Of a DNA stretch of 64,000 nucleotides, positions 19,036 to 28,349 are shown one piece after another; position 1 is the first letter of the stretch, and every line of letters starts with the position of its first letter. The position numbers and the translations under genes were made by a program. Origin of the DNA: a virus; the IMG/VR virus record IMGVR_UViG_3300025127_000022, positions 1 through 64,000 of that record, one strand, 5' to 3'. The notes below the pieces were generated by a model. That model saw nothing but the letters and a program-made list of their open reading frames with translations, was not told where the DNA came from and searched no databases.

Positions 19036-19401
19036 ATGAAAACTTTTAAAATCTTATCTGCTTTAATATTAACATTAATGTGTTTTACCGCACAAGCACA
19101 AAGTAAAATGAATAAAATTCCTCAGTATGGGGTAGTGGTGGTAGAATTTAACGCTGGATGGAATTCCTCTAAAAATGTTACTTGGATTAACAAGTTAAAA
19201 GAGGCAGAAGTGGGGAGACTCTTGATAGACGAAAATCCTAAATTCCAATCAAAATATAAAATAGTGGTTGTGCCGACTCTAATAGTCTTTAAAGATGGTG
19301 TGGAAGTGCAAAGATTCCAAGCTAATATTATGATGGACATGGAAGCTACTTTAGAAGATGTTCAAGAGGGTGTGGATGATGCACACATGGAAGGATTTTA
19401 A
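19036..19401 (+). CDS. Secreted thioredoxin-fold protein lacking CxxC
   Basis: Signal peptide; VVVEFNAGWN, KYKIVVVPTLIVFKDG.EV.R. Confidence 0.75.
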   Translation: MKTFKILSALILTLMCFTAQAQSKMNKIPQYGVVVVEFNAGWNSSKNVTWINKLKEAEVGRLLIDENPKFQSKYKIVVVPTLIVFKDGVEVQRFQANIMMDMEATLEDVQEGVDDAHMEGF

Positions 19402-19640
19402 CGTCTAAAACCTTTTATTTCAGTTCTAGTTCCCATTCCAATCATAGTATTAATAAAATTAATCCTTTCTTCTATTTTGTTCTTAGCGATTTGTAAAATT
19501 TCTAAATCAAATTCTGAGTCTACCCAATTTACAAAATCCTCACTACTAAAAGAAGCTTCATAATTTGTCAAATCGACCTCTTCTTCTATTTTATTTAGAA
19601 GTTTTTGATACTGGTGTTCTGTTAAAATAACTTTAGACAT
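19398..19640 (-). CDS. Leader-bearing hypothetical protein
   Basis: MSKVILTEHQYQKLL; TATTTAT on minus at 19658-19664. Confidence 0.7.
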   Translation of the reverse strand: MSKVILTEHQYQKLLNKIEEEVDLTNYEASFSSEDFVNWVDSEFDLEILQIAKNKIEERINFINTMIGMGTRTEIKGFRR

Positions 19641-19771
19641 GTACTATTCTTTTTATTATAAATACTTATAAGTTAGGCAAGTTACTCCACCGAATAAACT
19701 TAATTTATTTATAGGACACGTTACACTTTTAAGATAATTTTTCCTATATTTGTATCACAAAAAAAAATGTT

Positions 19772-19981
19772 ATGGGAAAAATGAAAGAAGTTTTTATGAA
19801 AGAAAGAGAATCAGAAAATGATAAATATGTAGATGAATCCTATTTTTATAATAAATGGAAAGAGGAACAACAAGAACCAAAAAATTACATCGGTGGTGAT
19901 GAAGATTTTGTAGACTTTGTTGATGAATTACCTCCTGTAGTTCGAGAATATAAACCTGTGGACGATTCTAACGAATACTGA
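19772..19981 (+). CDS. Hypothetical acidic protein
   Basis: TATATTTG at 19745-19752 upstream. Confidence 0.65.
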   Translation: MGKMKEVFMKERESENDKYVDESYFYNKWKEEQQEPKNYIGGDEDFVDFVDELPPVVREYKPVDDSNEY

Positions 19982-20144
19982 TATCTTTTCTTTAAAAATT
20001 TTCTTCTTTTATACCTGGGTGGGTTAACCGCTAACTTAAATTGAATCACCATATTTGTCTTTTAAGTATTTGTGCCATTCTTCTTGTTTTCTTCCGTTTA
20101 CAAACATCCAACCTATTCTAAGGTCAAACCATCTTCTTAATTTT

Positions 20145-20393
20145 TTAATCATATTTAGTTTTTTTAATGTTTACAGTTATACCAGCTTTTCCTACCGATA
20201 AATCGTAAGTGTTACTTCTATTGTCATTTATGAATCCATAATCTTTAAAATAAAAAATAATTACTTCTTCATCATTTAACCATCCATGGATAGCGTTAGT
20301 AGCGTAGTCAATTGAGGGGTGTTTTATATATTCCATCTTCCAAGACTCACGGTATTCCTCAACTAGTTCATCAGGGGTTATATGTATTATCAT
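20145..20393 (-). CDS. Hypothetical protein
   Basis: Directly downstream of thyA. Confidence 0.65.
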   Translation of the reverse strand: MIIHITPDELVEEYRESWKMEYIKHPSIDYATNAIHGWLNDEEVIIFYFKDYGFINDNRSNTYDLSVGKAGITVNIKKTKYD

Positions 20394-20395
20394 TT

Positions 20396-21403
20396 TTAAT
20401 TACTAAGAGGTGCTTTAATCGGTGAGTGTGGGTTATAGTTTTCGAGAGACACTTCAGCGTATCCTAGTAACAAATCTAGATTACCTACCTTAACGTTTGG
20501 TAACTCCATAGGTTCTCTACTTAATTGTTCCTTAGCTTGTTCAAGATGATTGTTATATAAATGTACATCACCTAAATTTCCTATTAATTCACCTGGTACC
20601 ATATTAACTTCTTTAGCGATTAATTTTAAAAGTAACCCATAAGATGCTATGTTGAATGGTAAACCTAAAAAGGTATCTACAGAACGTTGGTTCCACATTA
20701 ATGATAATATTCTTTTAGGTACTCTTAAAGAATCTAATTTAATGTGTGAATCTACATCATGTTCACAAAATTCCTGTCTTTCTTTTAGACTTAACTCTCT
20801 TGTATAAACTTGAAATCCATAATGACATGGTGGGAGAGTCATTTTATCTAGTTCACTCACATTCCATGCGTTAACCATTAATCGTCTACTGTCTGGATTT
20901 GTTTGAAGTTCCTTTATAAGATTTTTGATTTGGTCAACAGAAGATTTGACATTAGGAAATGAGCCTTCATCAATTAATTGGTTATCGTATTTATCCCAAT
21001 TCCTCCATTGTTTACCATACACTGGACCTAAATCACCCCACTTCTTTGCGAACTCACCATCTGTTTTTATTGCATCAATGAATTCTGGTTGTGTCATCGT
21101 AGGGTAGGGATATGGAGATTCTTGACAATAAGCCTTATATGCGTCACCATCCCAAATATGACAATTGTTATCAACAAGATATTTGATGTTTGTATCACCA
21201 CGTAAGAACCATAATAATTCTGTCACAATTCCTTTCCAATACATTTTCTTTGTTGTTAGTAATGGAAAACCATTTTTCATATTATGTCTCACCGTGTAAC
21301 CAAATATAGATTTGGTTCCTGTGCCTGTTCTGTCTTCTTTATCCACACCATACTCCAGTATAGTTTTAAGTAATTCTTGATATTGTTTATCTAAGTTGTT
21401 CAT
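20396..21403 (-). CDS. thyA: Thymidylate synthase
   Basis: DRTGTGT, FPLLTTKK, ELLWFL.G.TN, LPPCH, QRSVDTFLGLPFNIASY, HLYNNH. Confidence 0.97.
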   Translation of the reverse strand: MNNLDKQYQELLKTILEYGVDKEDRTGTGTKSIFGYTVRHNMKNGFPLLTTKKMYWKGIVTELLWFLRGDTNIKYLVDNNCHIWDGDAYKAYCQESPYPYPTMTQPEFIDAIKTDGEFAKKWGDLGPVYGKQWRNWDKYDNQLIDEGSFPNVKSSVDQIKNLIKELQTNPDSRRLMVNAWNVSELDKMTLPPCHYGFQVYTRELSLKERQEFCEHDVDSHIKLDSLRVPKRILSLMWNQRSVDTFLGLPFNIASYGLLLKLIAKEVNMVPGELIGNLGDVHLYNNHLEQAKEQLSREPMELPNVKVGNLDLLLGYAEVSLENYNPHSPIKAPLSN

Positions 21404-21777
21404 TTTATTATTTTAACCTCTTTGTTTTTTAATTCATCATAAATAAATTCAATTAATTCGTCAATACCGTATTCACTTAAAAAGTCATCCCAGTCCATAG
21501 TAGAGTAGGTTTGATAGACAGTTTCTCTAGCGTAGTCCCAGTGGTCCTCAAAAGTTTCCAGGTCTCTTGTGTCCATAAAACTATTAAAAGAATCTGTATC
21601 TAAGAATTCTTCTACATCCCCATCTTCAGTGTATTTCACAATAATAATTTCATCATAATCACCATAATAATAGACATCATATAAATTACCATCATATTCT
21701 ACACATTCCTCCTTTTCTAAAGAATAGATATTTTTTTCAACGAAGGTTTTAAGTTGATTAAATTTAGATTTTTCCAT
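21400..21777 (-). CDS. Hypothetical acidic protein
   Basis: Coupled to thyA. Confidence 0.65.
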   Translation of the reverse strand: MEKSKFNQLKTFVEKNIYSLEKEECVEYDGNLYDVYYYGDYDEIIIVKYTEDGDVEEFLDTDSFNSFMDTRDLETFEDHWDYARETVYQTYSTMDWDDFLSEYGIDELIEFIYDELKNKEVKIIK

Positions 21778-21836
21778 AATACTCCAATAATAAGAATTAG
21801 GTGGTAAAGTATCAAGTATATGATATTTATAAAATA

Positions 21837-22550
21837 ATGAAAACAGGTTTATTAGACATATTAAAAGAATCTATAAATGAAGGTGGGGTCAAAAAAGACC
21901 TTTACACTAATTTAAAATTATCTAAACGTAATGAATTTTACGAAGAAGATGATTTAACACAGATACCACTAAGCCCACAAGAAAAATATGATAGAGAGGT
22001 AACTGAACTAAGAGTTAAAAATGATAAACTATTCGAAAAAAAATTAAGGCATTATTTTACTTATTTACAACGTTTAGGTGGGATGGACGAAGTAAAAAAT
22101 TCATTAGAAACTCATCCTGATGGCACAAGAAATGTCCCCGCTTATAAAGATGCGATAGGTGGATTAAAATTAGTTGGATTTAATCCTGAATATTATAGAC
22201 CCTTATCTATGGACTTAATGGATAAAATTTACGTGTTAGTCGTTAATTATATACACAATGGTGGAGACAGTAGAAATTTTATGGAAGGACCTTTAGACAT
22301 TATACCCGCTAAACAGTGGGACGTAGATACCGATTACTCAGAAGACGTGATTGAATATGGAACGTCTTTTGGTTCCGCGTATGGTGATAATGAAGAGCGT
22401 GTTAAAGAACTGGTGTTAGCTCATCCATGGCATTTCGAACAAGATAGAGAGACTCACGACCATGATTATGTGGGGGACTACAAAAGCAAAAAAATAACAA
22501 ATCTATCAGTTAAGGACATTAAATTAGTAAGACAAGCATTTGAACGATGA
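21837..22550 (+). CDS. Leader-bearing hypothetical protein
   Basis: MKTGLLDILKESINE; TATTTAT 21824-21830 supports this start. Confidence 0.7.
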   Translation: MKTGLLDILKESINEGGVKKDLYTNLKLSKRNEFYEEDDLTQIPLSPQEKYDREVTELRVKNDKLFEKKLRHYFTYLQRLGGMDEVKNSLETHPDGTRNVPAYKDAIGGLKLVGFNPEYYRPLSMDLMDKIYVLVVNYIHNGGDSRNFMEGPLDIIPAKQWDVDTDYSEDVIEYGTSFGSAYGDNEERVKELVLAHPWHFEQDRETHDHDYVGDYKSKKITNLSVKDIKLVRQAFER

Positions 22551-22738
22551 AAAATATAGAAAACAAAATTAAAAGAATGAGGAAATTAATGTTGGAGTCT
22601 GAAGGTAGCCCTGAAGAAAACGACTTTATAGATGGTGTCAGAGACATATTAAAAAAACAGAAAGAGAACAAGGATGAGAACGCTTATTACGATGATTTCC
22701 AAAAACTATTCAAAAAATTAGACATACCTTTTCATTAA
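22547..22738 (+). CDS. Small leader-bearing protein
   Basis: MKNIENKIKRMRKLMLE. Confidence 0.6.
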   Translation: MKNIENKIKRMRKLMLESEGSPEENDFIDGVRDILKKQKENKDENAYYDDFQKLFKKLDIPFH

Positions 22739-22776
22739 ATTTGATTTTTAAGTTAAAGTTACTTATATTTTAAGTA

Positions 22777-22950
22777 ATGAAGTTAAGTAAAAAAAATAAA
22801 AAAATCTTGGGGGTCTGTGGTGGTATCGCTAAAAAACTAAATGCCGACCCAGGACTCACAAGATTTGTATTTATAATATTATTTTTATATCCAGGAACAC
22901 CAGCTATATTAATTTATTTAATATTCTGGTTAATAATGGAAAAAAATTAA
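22777..22950 (+). CDS. pspC: PspC-domain protein (57 aa, not in ORF track)
   Basis: MKLSKKNKKILGVCGGIAKKLNADPGLTRFVFIILFLYPGTPAILIYLIFWLIMEKN matches the PspC GVCGG(I/L)A...D...R...YL..W pattern. Confidence 0.8.
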   Translation: MKLSKKNKKILGVCGGIAKKLNADPGLTRFVFIILFLYPGTPAILIYLIFWLIMEKN

Positions 22951-23417
22951 AAATCACCAGGAGCAACTTGCATACAAGTTAAACCATTTTTTCTCCACAT
23001 ATCCACAACCTTTTGACGGTCATCGAAAACAGCTACAATTCTATCTCTTATATCACCAGGAAATAAGTCGTCTAACCAGTGTTGTTTTAATTCATCATCT
23101 GGCATGTACATCCACTCCTTACTTGTAGGTCTCATTTTAATAATGTGGTAAGGTACGTTATTTCTATTTAACCAAGATTTAGTAGTTAATTGTGTTCCTT
23201 TACTTCTCCCAGATAAAATTGCAATCATATGACCAGACTCTGCTAAGACTTGTGCCATTTTAATTACTGCAGGGTTAGGTTTATCTAATTTAATGTTTTC
23301 AGGGTCAAAAAATTTATCCCAATCCATTTTACCATTATCTTTTGTAGATAATTTTCTTCTCTCTTCGATGTTAGCGAGAGTACCGTCCAAATCAAATATT
23401 ACCCAAGAATCTTTCAT
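22947..23417 (-). CDS. HAD-family phosphatase (polynucleotide kinase 3'-phosphatase-like)
   Basis: IFDLDGTLA, LSGR, MRP, K, VFDDR..VV.MWR..GL; TATATTTG 23452-23459 on minus. Confidence 0.85.
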   Translation of the reverse strand: MKDSWVIFDLDGTLANIEERRKLSTKDNGKMDWDKFFDPENIKLDKPNPAVIKMAQVLAESGHMIAILSGRSKGTQLTTKSWLNRNNVPYHIIKMRPTSKEWMYMPDDELKQHWLDDLFPGDIRDRIVAVFDDRQKVVDMWRKNGLTCMQVAPGDF

Positions 23418-23622
23418 TTTTTGTTTTTGTTTTAAAAATTATTAATCAATACAAATATAAAAAAAAATTATCATTTGACCTAATTTATCTTAAAAAAACT
23501 TAATAAGTCTACCCTACCCCCTATTTATATAATATATAAGTAGAAATACGTACACCTTCCTTACGTGTTTATAAGGGACATTTATCTACTATAAGTGTCT
23601 ATAAAGTTAAAAAAAATATATT

Positions 23623-24474
23623 ATGAAAAAGTTACTCCTCGTACTACTATTGTTAGTACCATTTCTAGCTAAAACTCAATGTAATAACGGAACAAATTAT
23701 TATCCATCTTCAATATACACCCCAACACCTGATACTTGGGGGTATGCCTCTACATGTAACTGGGCAGGAGAAGTAATGAGAATGAATATTGTATCAGGAG
23801 ACTCATATCAATTTTCTACTTGTGATAATTATGGAGGTGTGCTTGCAAGCTATGATACACAAATCACTTTACGTGATGGTAGTGGTACATTATTAGCATA
23901 TAATGATGACTTTTCTGGTTGTTCTGGGTTTTCATCTTACTTGAATTGGACAGCAACTTATACAGGTGTATTATATGTTCATTTGAATGAATACAATTGT
24001 GCAACAAATATGGTATGTACAAGAATAATGGTATACCGAACAGAACCTATATCATTACCTATTACATTACATTACTTTGATGCATTTCACATAGACAATA
24101 TCGATAATACAATTCAAATAGAATGGATAACATATTCTGAACAAAACAATGATTATTTCACCGTATTAAAATCTTATGATGGATATGAATGGTCTGAATT
24201 ATGTAAGGTACCTGGTGCTGGAAATTCTAATATGGAATTATCATATTCAGTAAGAGATACAAATCCTCGACCAGGTGTACAATATTACAAATTACGACAA
24301 ACCGATTATGATGGGCAGTGGGAAGAATTCGATGTTGTATCAGTAATAATCAAAACAGAACGTAAAGAAATTGTAAGAGCTTACAATCAAATGGGTCAAG
24401 AAGTTGGTATAGATACTAAAGGCCTCTTATTTCTAGTGTGGGATAATGGTGATGTAACAAAAATTATAAACTAA
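23623..24474 (+). CDS. Secreted Bacteroidota-type protein, probable T9SS substrate
   Basis: Signal peptide; LPITL..F...W.T.SE.NNDYF.V.KS.DG...YYKLRQTDYDG Ig-like module; short CTD YNQMGQEV...G...KII. Confidence 0.75.
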   Translation: MKKLLLVLLLLVPFLAKTQCNNGTNYYPSSIYTPTPDTWGYASTCNWAGEVMRMNIVSGDSYQFSTCDNYGGVLASYDTQITLRDGSGTLLAYNDDFSGCSGFSSYLNWTATYTGVLYVHLNEYNCATNMVCTRIMVYRTEPISLPITLHYFDAFHIDNIDNTIQIEWITYSEQNNDYFTVLKSYDGYEWSELCKVPGAGNSNMELSYSVRDTNPRPGVQYYKLRQTDYDGQWEEFDVVSVIIKTERKEIVRAYNQMGQEVGIDTKGLLFLVWDNGDVTKIIN

Positions 24475-24851
24475 TGAAAAATTTAATTTTAACTATAATT
24501 TTATTGGTCTGTGGCGTATCTTATGGACAATACCACGGTGTTGACTGGAATACCCAGGATAATTGCCAACATCAAACAATAATATATTACGATAACGGAC
24601 ATATAAAAGAAGTAGGTTGTCATAATAATGATTTAAAAAAAACAGGACAATGGCATATGTACGCACCGAACGGTGAAAGAATTGCACTTGCAGGATTTGA
24701 CCATCATGGTAAAAAACACGGTGAGTGGATGATATGGGATGACCAAGGTAAACTTAAAGCTCATATGATTTACGAACACGGAAAAAGAACTGGTGTGTGG
24801 AAAGCCTATTTAAGTGATGGTACTGTCCAAAAAAGAAAATATAAAGATTAA
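24474..24851 (+). CDS. MORN-repeat (YwqK-like) secreted protein
   Basis: Signal peptide; YYDNG, KTGQW..Y.PNG, KKHGEW, KRTGVW repeats. Confidence 0.8.
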   Translation: MKNLILTIILLVCGVSYGQYHGVDWNTQDNCQHQTIIYYDNGHIKEVGCHNNDLKKTGQWHMYAPNGERIALAGFDHHGKKHGEWMIWDDQGKLKAHMIYEHGKRTGVWKAYLSDGTVQKRKYKD

Positions 24852-24925
24852 TTTTTTTAGGTCCAACCCAGACTTTTGCGAAAAAATCCTATATATATTA
24901 TAGCAGCATGCGTTAAAGCAAAAAG

Positions 24926-24958
24926 AAAAAAAGCAAGTTTTAAATAGCTTGCTTTTTT
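24926..24958. terminator. Intrinsic terminator
   Basis: A-tract-AAGCAAG...CTTGCTT-T-tract hairpin. Confidence 0.65.
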
Positions 24959-25021
24959 AATGCTTGGAAAATCCAAAATTAATTTTTCATTTTATATGTT
25001 TAATAGAACTATTTATAAGAT

Positions 25022-25831
25022 ATGAAAAACGACATCCGTAAAGTTTTAAGAGAATACTGGGACAACCAACCAGATAAATGGGGGTTGTTAGAAATGGATG
25101 TTCGTGCTCTTACCGATAGAATTATTGAACGTCACAAAGATAACTGGGACGGGGACCAATACGCTGTTATTGATGCAATACAACAAGTATTTGAAGGTAT
25201 GTTCGAAAAAGTACCAATTAATGAAGTCGTAGATACTGTTGGTGGTGGAGAAGAAAAGTTAAAAGACTCTGGTAATACTCTTATCGGGTCACAACACTAT
25301 AGAGGTTATGGTGAGAATACGGGTTATTACGCTGAAACTATAAATAAAGATATGTTTTTTAACCTAATAAAAGCAATCGTCCAGTATACCCCTTGGGAAA
25401 AAATAGAAGAACTTAATGATGATGAAGCGTGGCGTTGGTCGGAAGTTATAAACCCCATAGTTAAAGTATTTGGTATTAAAGATATAAACTATTCACCAGA
25501 CGGATTAGGTACAAGAATTTGGTTTACAATTAAAAACCCTAAAAATTATGATGGTATAAAAGATGGTACCATCACTAACGTTAATGGATTAGAAATACCT
25601 GAAAGAAAAACTTTTGAAGTTTATATGGAACAAACTGAGAGGGAAAATGTAAGTTATAGATATACTGTAACTGTTGAAGGTTATGATGAAGACGCTGTTT
25701 ATAGTGCAGTAGAATACGATGAAGATGGTGAATATAATTGGTATGACTATGAAGACAGTAAAGGTTTTGATAGGGAAGTGTATGATGGAGAGTCAATGGA
25801 AAAAGAAGTTATATCCATAAAAGAAGTATAA
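25022..25831 (+). CDS. Leader-bearing hypothetical protein
   Basis: MKNDIRKVLRE; internal PINE; TATTTAT 25010-25016. Confidence 0.72.
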   Translation: MKNDIRKVLREYWDNQPDKWGLLEMDVRALTDRIIERHKDNWDGDQYAVIDAIQQVFEGMFEKVPINEVVDTVGGGEEKLKDSGNTLIGSQHYRGYGENTGYYAETINKDMFFNLIKAIVQYTPWEKIEELNDDEAWRWSEVINPIVKVFGIKDINYSPDGLGTRIWFTIKNPKNYDGIKDGTITNVNGLEIPERKTFEVYMEQTERENVSYRYTVTVEGYDEDAVYSAVEYDEDGEYNWYDYEDSKGFDREVYDGESMEKEVISIKEV

Positions 25832-25855
25832 AGATTTTAAAAGTATTTATATAAT

Positions 25856-26458
25856 ATGAAAAGAAAAGTCACAAATAACGACATTAGAAAAGCCATTAGG
25901 GGAGTTATAAATGAAGGACATAGTTCGTATATGGCTAAGTCTCAGTTATACAACATCGCTAGAAAAGCACAAAGTATGTACGACCAATTAGAAAAGGGTG
26001 AACCTTTGGAAGATTGGATGGAATCTAATATTGCAAAAATGGACAATATGATGGACAGTGTTAGTGACGCTTTCTCATATGACCAACACCAGGAGAGAAG
26101 TTGTCCAGATGGAATGTACTGGTGTAATGAAGACCAAATTTGTAAACCTGACTCACAAGATATGAGTATTATGGTTTCTACACAGGAAATGAATGAAGCT
26201 ATAGGTTTTACTAAAAGTTATGAGGGTGAGTTAAAGACTCATATGGATGCTTTTATTAACATTGTATGTGGTTATATAAAAGAACAAGTAAGTAAAAAAT
26301 CTATGTATGGGGATGAAGTGATAGTACAAAGATTATATCAGTTATTAGCTGAGGGAGGAGAACTACATTCTCCAGTACAAGAACTTATAGATATAATAGA
26401 TAACTTACCTAATAAAGACCAAGGACCGATGGGTTTTAGAATAGGACAAAATTATTAA
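25856..26458 (+). CDS. Leader-bearing modular hypothetical protein
   Basis: Leader ending VINE; CPDGMYWC; second module after EMNE; TATTTAT 25844-25850. Confidence 0.72.
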   Translation: MKRKVTNNDIRKAIRGVINEGHSSYMAKSQLYNIARKAQSMYDQLEKGEPLEDWMESNIAKMDNMMDSVSDAFSYDQHQERSCPDGMYWCNEDQICKPDSQDMSIMVSTQEMNEAIGFTKSYEGELKTHMDAFINIVCGYIKEQVSKKSMYGDEVIVQRLYQLLAEGGELHSPVQELIDIIDNLPNKDQGPMGFRIGQNY

Positions 26459-26460
26459 AA

Positions 26461-27741
26461 ATGACAAAAATTTTAATCTCAGAAAAACAATTAGAAAGAC
26501 TAAGTAAAATAGTTTTAAAAGAACAGAATAGACCTGTTACTGTAAGTCCAGGAGAATTGGTTCAGATGTATATGACAAACGACTTAAATAAAATTCTTTT
26601 AAGTAAACAAGATGAACTCGCGGGACAATATTTTATAGCTATTGTTGGGAATGATGAACAAATACAATTAAGATATGGTGAAAATGGTAGTGAAGGAGCT
26701 GAATTTGAAATGGAAGATTTTGGTACGAGAGGAAAAAGATTTAGACTACCCATTGGTAGATGGTCTATAACAGTACCTACTAACGATATTGATTTAATAG
26801 CTGAATTAGAAAATTCAGAACCTTATGGGAAAGATTATAAAGCGTTTTTTGCTGTTAATGACGATTTAACTAATTACGTTAAAAGAGAAATAAATAGAGT
26901 TAAAGTTAAATTTTTATTCTATATAGATAGACAAGCATCTAGTGACGGTTTCGGAGGTTTTACATTTTACCAATTACCAGGGAGGAAAAAACCTAAAGGG
27001 GTACCCATAGTTAATTTAGGGCAATCTTTCCCTATAACTGAAATTACTCCACTAGGAAGTAAAAGAGGTTCGAGAGCTAATACGATGGGACTCAAACTTG
27101 GTAAAAGAATTTACGGTGAGGTTTATGGTTCAGGACTACAAGCAAAACTCGAAAGATTACAATTAACTATCCCAGCTGAATTATTACCCCAAAAACCAGG
27201 AGGCGACCCAATAACAACACCAGATATACCAGAAGAAGATATCATCATACCTATATTTTCAGTTGTGGGTGCTAATTTACCATATGCGGATAATATGATT
27301 ATGCCTTACTTTAACAAATATCCACAAGCTGAAGAACATTTTGGTAAAATAGTTGAAGCTTTTGTAAAATATATAAATGCGGGTGGTGGTGACAAACTTA
27401 CTAATGTAACTATTAAAGGTAGTGCAGATTCAGCAGCACCAAATGAAAAGGTTCCTAGTGGCTATAATAAATTAGACCATCCAGGAGGTAAACTTTTCGG
27501 TGGAATTCCAAAAACTGACTTAAAAGGAAGAAACCAATGGTTGGCAGATAATAGAGCAAAACAATACGCTAATGCTTTAATTACAGCCATTAAGGATAGA
27601 ACTGGATTTGATTTGAAGATAGAAGTATTACCTGGAGATAACTACTATGGTCAAGGAAGTAGTAAACGAGGTCAGGAATATAGAAAAATTACATTAACAC
27701 CAAACGCTCCAACACACAAGGGTCCATCACAGAAAAAATAA
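26461..27741 (+). CDS. Leader-bearing protein with C-terminal OmpA-like domain
   Basis: MTKILISEKQLERL...LKEQ; VTIKGSAD...NQWLADNRA...R.ITL. Confidence 0.65.
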   Translation: MTKILISEKQLERLSKIVLKEQNRPVTVSPGELVQMYMTNDLNKILLSKQDELAGQYFIAIVGNDEQIQLRYGENGSEGAEFEMEDFGTRGKRFRLPIGRWSITVPTNDIDLIAELENSEPYGKDYKAFFAVNDDLTNYVKREINRVKVKFLFYIDRQASSDGFGGFTFYQLPGRKKPKGVPIVNLGQSFPITEITPLGSKRGSRANTMGLKLGKRIYGEVYGSGLQAKLERLQLTIPAELLPQKPGGDPITTPDIPEEDIIIPIFSVVGANLPYADNMIMPYFNKYPQAEEHFGKIVEAFVKYINAGGGDKLTNVTIKGSADSAAPNEKVPSGYNKLDHPGGKLFGGIPKTDLKGRNQWLADNRAKQYANALITAIKDRTGFDLKIEVLPGDNYYGQGSSKRGQEYRKITLTPNAPTHKGPSQKK

Positions 27742-28275
27742 CTACTTGTTAAAATTTTCGGTTGGGAACATCTGAACAGCTATTATTAAATTTAATTTTT
27801 GATTATAAGTAATGTAGTGTCCATAATAAGATGTGAATGTTTTTCCTTTATTAAAAACGTCATGAACTTCTGTTAGAACATTCATTCTGTGATAGGTAGA
27901 ACTCATAAAATTATTATGGATTCTTTGAGCGATTTCTAAACTTGTTTGAGTACTATCATAATTAAAGGCTGTGATATTCTCTGAAGAGATAATATATTTT
28001 AAATCACTACTAATTTTAATTCTGTCATCTGGAAACTCATATAATGGATTTTCATTTGTGTGTGCGATTTTTTTACGGGTATCAACATTACTTAAATATA
28101 CCGCTTGAATTTTTGCCCCGTTATTAATCAACGTATCGGTTGCAAATGCACTTAATCCCCTACTAGACCTTTCTTTATTTATTACATTTAATAAATGTGT
28201 TTCTATCTCAGTAAAATTTTGAGAGTAACTTAAATTACAAACAAATGTTAATATGATTATTAGTATATTTTTCAT
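27742..28275 (-). CDS. CAP/SCP-domain secreted protein
   Basis: INKERSSRGL, AH, SENI, FMSSTYHRMNVL; TATATTTG 28280-28287 on minus. Confidence 0.8.
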   Translation of the reverse strand: MKNILIIILTFVCNLSYSQNFTEIETHLLNVINKERSSRGLSAFATDTLINNGAKIQAVYLSNVDTRKKIAHTNENPLYEFPDDRIKISSDLKYIISSENITAFNYDSTQTSLEIAQRIHNNFMSSTYHRMNVLTEVHDVFNKGKTFTSYYGHYITYNQKLNLIIAVQMFPTENFNK

Positions 28276-28349
28276 ACTACAAATATAAAAAAAATTTTGA
28301 TATAAACCAAGGAATTGGAGGATACTTATAAAAATTTGGTAAGTTAATA

